Assembly (NCBI RefSeq): GCF_001194135.2
Contig: NC_068997.1
Coordinates: 13,722,542 to 13,786,541 of the forward strand
Direction: 5' to 3'
Source of the DNA: Octopus bimaculoides
Taxonomy: Eukaryota
Length of the DNA: 64,000 bases
Of the stretch, positions 1-10,200 are shown in pieces; position 1 is the stretch's first letter, and every line of letters starts with the position of its first letter. The position numbers and the translations under genes were made by a program. A model generated the notes under the pieces. That model saw only the letters and a program-made list of their open reading frames with translations, was not told the DNA's origin and ran no database searches.

Positions 1-372
1 TAGCATATCATTCTATTTTATCTAACTCTCTCTTCACCTCTCTCTCTCCACACAGAGAGAGAGAGAAAGGGGGAGAGAGGTGGGAAGAAAGGTGGCCCGT
101 GTATAAAGAAGAATTTGATGATCCTAAACTCAATCCGAAAAAGTAATTCCATCCACCTGTATACTGCTAATGGTTCCCTTTGCGGTTGCATGCTTGTCAA
201 TACCTTTCAATTTATATTACTGTCGGCAAACGTACTCGAGGTTTTATGCATTTTTTACTGGTACCTTCCGAGTGGTCGAGCCAAAAGTCGCAATGAATTC
301 TGACTTGAAGAATTTTAAGGAATTATTGCACGTCAATAAAAATGTGTTTCTTGTAAACGGATAAAGGCGAAC

Positions 373-415
<43 letters not shown>

Positions 416-981
416 GAATGAATGAATATATATAAGTATACATACATACACACATACACAAACTATTTATAACTCTTATATACATATATGTATATAAAAT
501 GTATATGTAGATAACGTTATGACCCTCCCCAAATACACACAGATAATGTATATGTGTATGCTATATATATATATTATATATAGATATAAAATATATATTG
601 TATGTGTGTGTGATAGCACGTGGTTTAGTGGTTATCGAGACTGGCTGAAGATTCGAAGACCAAGGCACTTCATTTTTCATTGCCCCACTTTACTCAACTG
701 TGTACGTTATGAAGATGCATAAATATGATATGTTCATATATAAGCAAACATGTACGAATTATGCTTCTTAATTAGGAAACGATGGCGATTGAAATCCTGT
801 AAATAAAATTACAAGCCTTCACCGTGCATTGACGATAGAAAAGAATCTAATATTAGTGCATATAAGCCTGACCGTTTTTGTTCCGTTTCTATGTTTTTTA
901 TATGTCCAAATATTAGAGCAATATCTATAGTCAATATGCGGTGAAGGCTTATATTTTTTGTCACATACATGTATAGATTTT

Positions 982-1133
982 GTGGCTGTGTGGTTAATAG
1001 CTTGCTTACCAACCACATGGTTCTGGGTTCAGTCCCACTGCGTGGCACCTTGAGCAAGTCTCTTTTACTATAGCCTCGGGTCAACAAAGCTTTGTGAGTG
1101 GATTTGGTAGACAGAAACTGAAAGAAGCCCGTC
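982..1133 (+). mobile_element. SINE family A (tRNA-derived head + CORE-like domain), 5' half
   Basis: GTGGCTGTGTGGTTAATAGCTTGCTTACCAACCACATGGTTCTGGGTTCAGTCCCACTGCGTGGCACCTTGAGCAAGT...GAAACTGAAAGAAGCCCGTC then (TA)n and a gap. Homologous to copies at 6354, 17685, 20193, 41931 and 54833. CCTTGRGCAAGT resembles the CORE-SINE domain (recalled, not searched). Confidence 0.85.
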
Positions 1134-2151
1134 ATATATATATATNNNNNNNNNNNNNNNNNNNNNNNNNNNNNNNNNNNNNNNNNNNNNNNNNNNNNNN
1201 NNNNNNNNNNNNNNNNNNNNNNNNNNNNNNNNNNNNNNNNNNNNNNNNNNNNNNNNNNNNNNNNNNNNNNNNNNNNNNNNNNNNNNNNNNNNNNNNNNNN
1301 NNNNNNNNNNNNNNNNNNNNNNNNNNNNNNNNNNNNNNNNNNNNNNNNNNNNNNNNNNNNNNNNNNNNNNNNNNNNNNNNNNNNNNNNNNNNNNNNNNNN
1401 NNNNNNNNNNNNNNNNNNNNNNNNNNNNNNNNNNNNNNNNNNNNNNNNNNNNNNNNNNNNNNNNNNNNNNNNNNNNNNNNNNNNNNNNNNNNNNNNNNNN
1501 NNNNNNNNNNNTATATCAGAGGGAGAGATTAGAAATGCGTACTTCTGTTTTCGTTCGTTAACATGTAACTAGACACAACACTTTATACCATTAAATCCTG
1601 TACCTCCAATGTTTTAGTTCAGTTCCTTGCAGTTTTTAATTTATCTATCATGGCAATAATACCGTATAGGCAAATCGTTCAAATGTTTACTGTCTTTTAT
1701 AAAGATTTGCCTTTTACATCGCCAAATTATTATTGGTTATTTTCGATCACAAAAATAGCTCCTCTTTATTTTCTCTTTTGTTTTTTGTTTTTGAATTTTG
1801 TAGTTGTGTGTTTTTGTGAAACGAGAAAGAAAGCAAGATGGCGAAAAAAAGATATAAATATTCTCTTGAGATAATATGTCGTTATATATCCATCTATTAT
1901 GAAAATAATTAAAGACGTTTAATTAAACGTGTCTTAATCCCTGATGTATAAGTGTCTACATTTGAATTAATTACATGTCAGATTTTAATGCATTCTAAAA
2001 TTTCTTATACGACATCCATCTTTTGCAAATTTCAAAGATAACTATATAAATAATAACGATATTGTAATTAGCGCAGCAGGATGAGAATTAAATTCCCGTA
2101 AAATCGAACAAGCAGAGCGGTTTCAATTACTGATTGGCTTAGCGTAAATAA

Positions 2152-2331
2152 TATCCTTTCTGTTATAGACACAAAACCTACAATTTTGAGGGAAGGGGCC
2201 TGTCGATTATATCAACCCTAGTGGTCAACTGGTCCTTTATTGATATTGTAGGAATAATTGGCCAAGCTGACCCCGGCAGCATTTGAATTCAGAACGTTAA
2301 GTCGGAAGAAATGCTGCTAAGCTCACCGCCT
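2152..2331 (-). mobile_element. SINE family B, degenerate copy
   Basis: Decayed match to the family-B core (GTCGATTA..TCGACCCCAGT..CAACTGGTAC..AAAGTCGACCTCGGCGGAATTTGAACTCAGAACGT) ending in CTCACCGCCTT. Confidence 0.7.
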
Positions 2332-2363
2332 TACCGTTAATAATATTAATTTCAATTTTTTAA

Positions 2364-2562
2364 ATCTTTTCTATTCTAGGCCCAATGCTCAAAGTTTTGG
2401 GGGAGGGGCCAGTCCATTAGATCGACTCCAATACGCAAATGGTACTTAATTTATCGACCTCGAAAGGATGTAAGGCAAAGTCGACCTTGGCGAATTTGAA
2501 CTCAGAACGTAAGGACAGACGGAAATACCGCTAAGCATTTCACACGGCGTGCTAACGATTCT
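2364..2562 (-). mobile_element. SINE family B, 5'-truncated second unit of a dimer
   Basis: Family-B core. On the minus strand it starts at AGAATCGTTAGCACGCC, directly fused to the tail of the 2563-2784 copy. Confidence 0.85.
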
Positions 2563-2784
2563 TATTTCTTTACTGCCCACAAGGGGCTACACACAGAGGG
2601 GACAGACAAACGGATTAAGTCGATTATATCGACCCCAGTGTGTAACTGGTACTGAATTTATCGACCTCGAAAGGATGGAAGGCAAAGTCGACCTCGGTGG
2701 AATTTGAACTGGGAACGTAACGGTAGACGATATACCGCTAAGCATTTCGCCCGGCGTGCTAACGTTTCTGCCAACTCGCCGCCT
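2563..2784 (-). mobile_element. SINE family B, full-length, variant 3' tail
   Basis: Minus strand AGGCGGCGAGTTGGCAGAAACGTTAGCACGCCGGGCGAAATGCTTAGCGG...GTTCCCAGTTCAAATTCC (A/B-box-like)...tail TAGCCCCTTGTGGGCAGTAAAGAAATA. Same tail at 27931. Confidence 0.9.
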
Positions 2785-2885
2785 TAAAAAATAAAAATAT
2801 TAAACACGTTCTTGCCTTGTACTGGATACCTAGTACTACGGTGTATATCTCTATTTCCTCACTTCATACCTCTTTTTTATTTCAT

Positions 2886-3035
2886 CTGTCTCTACGTTCT
2901 GAGTTCAAATTCCGCCGAGGTCGATTTTGCCGTTTTTCTTTAAGGGGTCGAAAAATTAAGTACCAGTTGCCTACTAGGGTTGATCTAATCGGCTGGTTCC
3001 CTCCCCTAAAATTTCGGGCCTTTTGCAGAAAAGAA
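2886..3035 (+). mobile_element. SINE family B, 5'-truncated, opposite orientation to its neighbours
   Basis: ACGTTCTGAGTTCAAATTCCGCCGAGGTCGA...GGGGTCGAAAAATTAAGTACCAGTTG...AAATTTCGGGCCTT. Confidence 0.85.
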
Positions 3036-3037
3036 TA

Positions 3038-3252
3038 TTGGTTTCAAATTTTAGCATGACGCCAGCAATTTAAGGGTTTGAGGTGAATCAATTACATCAA
3101 CCCCAGTGCTCGACTGGTACTAATTTTATCATTTCCTAAAGGATCAAGGGTAAAGTTGACACCGGTGGAATTTGAACTCCGAACGTAAAGACGGACGAAA
3201 TGCCTCTAAGCATTTTGCCCGGCGTGCTAACGATTCTCCCTGCTCACCGTCT
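3038..3252 (-). mobile_element. SINE family B
   Basis: GGTTTCAAATTTTAGCA tail, core, and head ...GGCGTGCTAACGATTCTCCCTGCTCACCG. Confidence 0.85.
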
Positions 3253-3260
3253 TAGACATA

Positions 3261-3449
3261 GGTTTCAAATTTTGGCACATGGCCAGCAATGTTGGGTGAG
3301 GGGCTACGTCGATTAAATCGACCCTAGTGTGCAACTGGAACTTATTTTATCAACCCAGCAAAAATGAAGGGTAAAGTCGACCTCGGCGGAATTTGAACTC
3401 AGAACGTAAAGAGGGAGAAGATTCCACAAAGCATTTTGTCCGATGTGCT
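3261..3449 (-). mobile_element. SINE family B
   Basis: GGTTTCAAATTTTGGCAC tail and AAAGTCGACCTCGGCGGAATTTGAACTCAGAACGTAAAG core. Confidence 0.85.
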
Positions 3450-3547
3450 ACAAGGAATGGGTGGTCATATTTGGAATGCACATAGTCAAGAAGTTAAACA
3501 AAACTAACAACATATTTTATGGTTCTCTATGCAGTGTCCCTTCCAGC

Positions 3548-3960
3548 TAGAAAGCGCAGCCAAATCTCCATCAAACTTAATCATTCCTCCAGACAGAACA
3601 CATTTAGTTAGGTGCTCCTAAGAATTCTCTTGATTAAAATTTTGCTGAATTAAGGCCCGACCAGTGCTAAACAAGGCTACTCTTACTACAACTAAGTTTC
3701 TTCAACTCTAGCTCGGCCTGTTAAAAATAGCAGCCAAATCACTCTCAGATTAAACCATCATCACGTTAATTTAGTCTTAGAAATTCCCTGGAAACTACTA
3801 AAAAAAGAAATACAAATAGATGGGATGCCTTTTATCATAGATTTGCTCAATCCAAATTGACCTACAGCTAGATAACTACATCAATAATAATAAAGTACAT
3901 TTTTGCGATGTACGTAATTCTATGCAGTCGAATAGCTTACTAGAAATAGCAACTAAATTT
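3548..3960 (+). repeat. Old dispersed repeat family D, three decayed tandem units
   Basis: GAAATAGCAGCCAAATC-like motif at about 3548, 3723 and 3941. Related copies at 18200-18350 (-), 35428-35570 (+) and 53841-54150 (+, two units). Confidence 0.55.
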
Positions 3961-4141
3961 ATCTCCCTATAGAAACCTTTAACGATAAAGAAGGGACGCA
4001 TTCAGTGATAGAATCTTCGATACCAAAAAGTAAAGACTAGGATAGTTAACATTGTAATCTTACTCAACCACGGTTGAACAAGGGCTAAAAGGCAAAAAAA
4101 AAACAAAAAAACTCAGATATTTAAAACAGAGTAATGTATAC

Positions 4142-4346
4142 AATACAGTTCCGTATTTCAGAGATGAGGAATTATGTACATTTGACGGATATCTGTCCTC
4201 ATCTTGTTTGTTGTTAACACAACGTTTCAGCTGATATACCCTCTAGCCTTCATCAGGTGTCTTGGGGAAATTTCGAACCTGTGTTCTCATTCCTAAGGTA
4301 TTTTTTCGATATTATTATTATTATTATTATTATTATGGTCACTGCC
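4142..4346 (-). mobile_element. tRNA-head/hammerhead short element (family H1), left copy; head lost in the gap
   Basis: Minus strand GCAGTGACC-(AAT)n-ATCGAAAAA...GGTTCGAAATTTCCCCAAGACAC-CTGATGA...GAAACGTTGTGTTAACAACAAACAAGATGAGGAC...TCCGTCAAATGTAC..AATTCCTCATCTCT. Colinear with 55583-55876 and 4420-4648. Confidence 0.85.
4216..4261 (-). ncRNA. Minimal type-I hammerhead ribozyme motif, intact core
   Basis: Minus strand GACAC-CUGAUGA-A-GGCUAG..UCAGCU-GAAA-CGUU-GUGUU. Stem I is GACAC/GUGUU, helix III is the palindrome AACGUU and stem II is weakened. Predicted cleavage lies between 4221 and 4220. Confidence 0.75.
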
Positions 4347-4419
4347 NNNNNNNNNNNNNNNNNNNNNNNNNNNNNNNNNNNNNNNNNNNNNNNNNNNNNN
4401 NNNNNNNNNNNNNNNNNNN

Positions 4420-4648
4420 GCGTAGTGGTTAAGAGCGCGGGCTACTAACCCCAAGATCCCGAGTTCGATTCCAAGCAGTGACCTGAATAATAATAATGAT
4501 AATAATAATAATATCGAAAAATAATATCTAAGGAATGAGAACCCAGGTTCGAAGTTTCCTCAAGACGCCTCATTAAGTCTGGAGGGTATACCAGCCGAAA
4601 TATTGTGTTAACAACAAACAAGATGAGGACAAATATCCGTCAAATGTA
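4420..4648 (+). mobile_element. tRNA-head/hammerhead short element (family H1), right copy with Pol III head
   Basis: GCGTAGTGGTTAAG (A-box-like), GGG-CTACTAA-CCC anticodon-like arm, GTTCGATTC B box at 4463-4471, (AAT)n, then the same body as the left copy. Confidence 0.85.
4564..4609 (+). ncRNA. Degenerate hammerhead motif (probably inactive)
   Basis: GACGC-CUCAUUA-A-GUCUGG..CCAGCC-GAAA-UAUU-GUGUU. It occupies the same position as the intact H1 motif, but core CUGAUGA is mutated to CUCAUUA. Confidence 0.6.
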
Positions 4649-4746
4649 TACAATATTAGACTGAAGTATGGGATTAATATAATATACACAATAAAATTAA
4701 ATCTACTAATCAGGAAGACTTAGCAGCGGAAACATGAATATTGGTT

Positions 4747-4928
4747 TGTTTACGTCCTCGTAACCTAACGATTCGGCAAAAGATATCGATAGAATAAGTA
4801 CCGGGTTTTAAAATCATGATTACTGGGGTCGATTTTTTTTTTTTTATAGTTTAAGCTTAGAGCTGCGGCCATGCTGATGCACCTGTAGATTTTTTTCAAG
4901 GAAGTGCTCCAGCATGGCCGCAGTCTGA
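4747..4928 (+). mobile_element. SINE family A, 3' half with internal inverted duplication
   Basis: TTTACGTCCTCGTAACCTAACGATTCGGCAAAAGA..GATAGAATAAGTAC...GGGGTCGATT...GTGCTCCAGCATGGCCGCAGTC. Matches the 3' halves at 6560-6710 and 17950-18088. Confidence 0.8.
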
Positions 4929-5055
4929 CTACAAGATATACACAGACAGACACACACACACACATATAATGAATATATTTTAGATGCATTGTGTACAATA
5001 TACACCAACATCATATGTAGATACATACATGCATATGTATGTATGTACGTATGTA

Positions 5056-5086
<31 letters not shown>

Positions 5087-5744
5087 GGCAGATAGGTAGA
5101 TAAATACACATACATACATATGTATATAAATAGATATGTAGATAAACATATAAACACACACATAGATACACATGCACATACATACTTACATATATACATA
5201 CATTCATAGACTCAAGTGCGCACATTGCTGAAAATCTGTGAGCCTGCTTTTGTGTTTCCGTGAGCATGTTTGTATAAAGATGCACACACACACGGAGTAA
5301 TTAATACTATTTTTGCTTTTCTTTAATTTTTCTAGTTTTTTGGGGTTTTTTTAATATATTTTTTCTCCTTTTTACAGCAAAGTTTACTTTTACTTTGAAA
5401 TCTCTACAGTGAAATAGTTTTACAACAACAATAACAACAACAGTATGATGCTGAGAAGCAATGCAAGAGAGGAGAGTGTCACAGAGAGAGACTAGATGGA
5501 AAAGCAACAACAAGAACAAAAACGGCAGCAGTAGCGACATTAGCAACAAAACGTAGCAAACCTATATGGTTCTCCATTAATGGAATCCTATTACAGAAAT
5601 AATTGTAATTAGGAGAAGCTCTAATCAGGCAAACAGCATCTGTCTTACTTGACAAATATACGAATCCCATGATATCTAATGATGGATATCGGTACGAAAC
5701 AAACTGATGAACAATTGTGTTTAGGTTTGCACTAAACTACTACT

Positions 5745-6120
5745 ACTACTACCATAACCGTTACCACAGTCTCCATTGCGACCGCCGTTAAAACCATTAT
5801 CACAACCAAGCACTACTGCAATCTTTACCACCATCGTCACAATCACCAGTACAACAACTACCACAACGAACACGACTAACTACCCGCCACAACGAACAGA
5901 ACGGCTAGAACATGCACCACCACCACCACCACCACACAAATAACATCACCGCCACAACGAATACAATTTCTCCACCACTCAACGAACTCTACGGTTATAA
6001 CGTGTACCACCACCACCCCAAAAGTAAACATAACCGCCACAACGAACGCTACTGCTATAACGAATGCAACCGCAACAACGAACACTACCATCACCACCGC
6101 CACAGCTAACTTCGCAGCCA
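5745..6120 (+). repeat. Degenerate (CAC/CAA/TAC)n trinucleotide low-complexity tract
   Basis: Runs of ACC/AAC/ACT triplets. These explain the His-rich and Val-rich ORFs in the track. Confidence 0.85.
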
Positions 6121-6353
6121 TGAGATCCTATGTTTATTAGTAGCGCGTGAAATCTTTGGCAAATGTCATATTCTGTGGCTTAGATTCGATCCATTCGTAG
6201 TAAGTAAAAGTGGGTGGACGAAAACTGCATAGCAGCTCACCTGGTGGATATTTACCTGTCATAGAAAACGTCTAATCTTGCCATAGTCTTTGTCCCATTC
6301 GCTCTTTCAGACAGTTACATTATTAATACAGATTATTAGTAAACAGAATCACA

Positions 6354-6710
6354 GGCGTGGCTGTGTGATAAGAAACTTGCTTCCCACTGTGTGACCCCTT
6401 GGACGAGAGCCTTCTGCTAGCCTTGGGCCAACCAAAGCCTTGTAAGTGGATTCGGTAGACGGAAACTGAAACAAGCCCGTCGTACATGTATATATCTATG
6501 TGTGTCTTTGTGGCATTGCTTGTCCTCCACCATCACTTGACAACAGGTGTTAGTGTGTTTACGTCTCTGTAACTTATTGTATCGGTCTATTTTGCCGAAC
6601 CGCTAAGCACAAGACTTTAATAAATAAAAAAAAGCTCACGGAGTTGATTTGTTTGACTAAAACCCTTCAAGGCGAAGCCGCAGCATGGCCGCAGTCAAAC
6701 AAGTAAAAGA
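6354..6710 (+). mobile_element. SINE family A, full-length
   Basis: GGCGTGGCTGTGTGATAAGAAACTTGCTTCCC head, central TA/TG tract, and end CAGCATGGCCGCAGTCAAACAAGTAAAAGA. Confidence 0.88.
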
Positions 6711-7852
6711 TAGAAGATAATATCTGTGGAATATTCAACCATTTGCACGTTAATTTAGGAGTAGGTTATTTAGATTATCAAAGAAGGGAATACTCATCAT
6801 CGAACAACGAGAGACCAAGTACACACACACACACACACATGCACGGACGCACTATTATATTAAGCAGCATGTAATGGCTGTAGCATGAAATGTTCTTTAA
6901 TACTTTTAACAGAATACTTTGTTTCTTTAATACTTTCCGATGTGTTAATTGTTAATGTCTGCCATACATATTCTTTGCCTCTGACGATTCAGCTAATTTT
7001 TACTTCAGAGTAATTTTATTTCATTTCAAAGTTTTAACACTTTACAAATATGAACAGTAACTCTCTTAAATTTTCTTTTTCCTTCTAAACTGAGCTGTCT
7101 TGTGAAAGAAATATATAATGCAATTAAAAATAGTAAACCAACACCTGAACAGAAAGCGCTTCAACAAACTGAACAGCGTCAATGTGCCAAAATAATTAGG
7201 ACATCTGAAACAGCGTAGAAAAACTCGAGTACGGCTGGTTGTGTAGCTAACTACGTTGTAAAAAAAAAAATTCGACTAGTTTATTTCTCGTGGTTACTTT
7301 TATTATTTACTGCTGTATCTGTTGAAAATGAATGGTGAGAAACCGGATAATGTGATTTAAATGAATTAACTAATATTTTAATCAAGAACAAGTAAGCTGT
7401 AGTTCTTTCTATCAAGGTAGTTAGACATATTGTTGGCGATTTACATTATTGATGCCAAGTGCTAACTTCGAATATTTACTTATAGAACATGCCTGGTACA
7501 CACATGCGCACACTGAAAAGACACGTTCTCCACGAATATATAACATTCAGGGTTCGAGGTGTAGGAAGAATATTAGCTTTAATGAATCAGTAGTTAATAT
7601 AAAAAGAAAAAACAACTTTCAGGAACAATTGTGGTTTATTGAGACGGAAGGTTGTGGTTTTTTTTCGTATCGAAGTTCAATAAACTCCAAAAAGTCCTTT
7701 TTATATTTCACGATAAGTGATCAGGGTTGCTGGTTATGCGAATAAGAATACAAGAGTTAAGGAATGGGGCAGATAAAATCCGGGCTACATATATTTCTTA
7801 GCGAGCGGAACCTCGGAAGAGATAAATATCCAAGTGAGGTGCATACCGCAGG

Positions 7853-7897
7853 CTATTATTCTTCTGGTCAAGGATAGCTTGACCAGAAGAATAATAG
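7853..7897. repeat. Perfect 20-bp inverted repeat with 5-nt loop
   Basis: CTATTATTCTTCTGGTCAAG-GATAG-CTTGACCAGAAGAATAATAG. Confidence 0.95.
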
Positions 7898-7914
7898 TAT
7901 AATAATTGGTAGCT

Positions 7915-8080
7915 TTTCTTCCGTCCTTACGTTCTGAGTACAAATTCCACCGATGTCGACTTTGCCTTTCATACTTTCGGGGTCGATAAAATAAGTACCA
8001 GTTGAGTGCTAGAGTCGATGTAATCGACAAGCTACCCCAACCCCCGAAATTGCCGGCTTTGTGCAAACATTTGAAACCAA
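7915..8080 (+). mobile_element. SINE family B, 5'-truncated
   Basis: ACGTTCTGAGTACAAATTCCACCGATGTCGACTTTGCCTTTCATACTTTCGGGGTCGATAAAATAAGTACCAGTTG...TTTGAAACCAAT. Confidence 0.85.
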
Positions 8081-10078
8081 TATTTTGTTACAAATAATTA
8101 TCAGCGAAGGATAAACTGGTACAAGCAGTCAATAACCGATGGCTCTTATTAAACAAAACGAACAATATCAGTTTGTGAACACAGACAGACAGTCATTGAT
8201 CCCACCTACGTAACATATATCTATAGGCAAAGTATGAAAGACACAACTCCTTACTAAAACAAAATAAAGAAGAAAACACAGTAAAATCTTTGTCGTATGA
8301 GCACCAAAGAATCGAAATTAATCTCTACCAACTTAAGTCTGCATGAAGTTTTGAATTCCTGGGCGCCACGTATACCCCAGTGAGAAATTGATGAACGTAA
8401 ATCACGAAATATCGTTCTTCCTCTTTATAATTTTATGGTCTCATGCTTAAATAATCAATATAGATTTTATACTTTCTCTCTTCCCTCTTGTCTTTCTATT
8501 TTTCATAGCACTCTCTTTCTGTCTATTTTTATAACTCTCTGTTCGTCTGCATTTCCTTTACGTCCACATTGTCCTACTTTTTCTTAAATATTTTCTTGAA
8601 TTTCTGAGTACCAACTCTCAACTTACCCCTCTTCTCTCTCTCTCTCTATCTTTGTTTCTCTCTCTCACATCATTTCTCTTCTATCATTGTTTTGCCGTTC
8701 CTTTCACTCACTCCCCCTTTCTTCTTTGAATAAGCTAACTCACAACTAAAGACCAAACAGCAGACATTGGAATTGGCCCACAAACCACAATGGATGATGG
8801 TTGATAAGATAAATAAAACAAAATAGACACACACACGCTCTATGCAAACATACATTTTCACAAGAAACTAACCAGAGTTACGTATATATATATACGTGTA
8901 TATATATAATATATAGGGAGAGGTGAGGAGAGACATTATACAAATAGCATCAAATATATATATAAAAAAACTAGCAATTCAAAACTATATAAAACAAAAC
9001 ACTTATACACACGAGTCACAAGTTATACACGCTTGTATGTATGTGTATGAATATGTATGTGTATGAATATATATATATATATATATATATACGTATGTAT
9101 TTATTTATGTGAATGTACGTATGCGCGTATGCGTCAATATGTATGTTTGTGTCCGTGTGTGTGTGTACATATGAATATATATACGTACTATGAATGCACA
9201 CACGTACATTTACACAAGAGAAAGTTCCAAAAATGCCAGAAATATATTCCTCAACTTTGCCAAACCTATGTCACCAGCTCCAAACACCCCCACACCAATC
9301 CTTCACCCACCATCCCCAATGTTCCACAACTCTCTACACACCACCACCACCACCGCCACTTTCAATGCCACACCTGTCAGAGATAAGGTATACAGGGACA
9401 ATTTTCTGCTTCTTTTTTTTTTTGTATTTTATTTTAATACACTATAGAGGCACCATGTTCAGTGATGCAAATATAATAAGATTGTGATGTGCATCAGTTT
9501 GTGAGTATGTATGTGGTGAGGGGAAAAGAATGAACGAGAAAGAGATGGTGAGAGAGAGAGAACAAACGTAAGAGTGAGAGTGAAACAGAAACAGAAACAG
9601 AGACAAGGTGGGCGGAGGAGAGAAAGGAAGAGAAAGAAAAAAGAGCGAGTGTTGGGACGTGAAAGAAAATGTGGGGATATACAATAGAATGAAACTGCAT
9701 ATCATCTCTGTACCTCGTTGTCCATTCTTCAATTCTTAATCGGTCTCATTCTCTCTCTCTCTTTCCGCATACACACATTGCACTCACCCTCCTACATACA
9801 TACATACATACATACACACACATAATCTTTCTATCCATCTCACTCACCTTCTCTCTCTCTCACACACACACAAATATATTGACAGATAAAGAGAGAAGAA
9901 TGGACCATACTTAAAAGCGAATAATCTCTAGATGTTTTTGCCTACGCGATTGTGTGCGTGAGTGATTGCGTGTGTGTGTACATGTATGAGTCTTTATATT
10001 ACAAATACGTAAATAATACTGTATATGCTCTCTCAGTACCTAGAGTATATATATTGGACTGCTGAACACTACACGTTT

Positions 10079-10118
<40 letters not shown>

Positions 10119-10135
10119 ATATTATCTCTTATTCA

Positions 10136-10200
10136 TTTCTGCTGGAGAGCGTAGGCTCGAAACGTAAAAACACTTTTTCATTTTTCCCGAGCCTCAAACT
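10136..10200 (+). ncRNA. Hammerhead motif family H2, degenerate copy
   Basis: UUU-CUGCUGG-A-GAGC-GUAG-GCUC-GAAA-CGUA-AAA, followed by TTCCCGAGCCTCAAACT. The same downstream flank follows the copies at 45243 and 57350. Confidence 0.6.

Noticed and set aside
2364-3449. Regularly recurring ~200-nt units that could suggest a CRISPR-like array
   Set aside because: The units are diverged SINE copies in mixed orientation with no constant repeat/unique spacer structure, in eukaryotic DNA.
4420-4480. Possible tRNA gene (also the heads at 52317, 40640-40712 and 53550-53622)
   Set aside because: A and B boxes are present, but there is no complete acceptor stem, and each is joined to a repeated SINE body. 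These are SINE heads, not tRNA genes.
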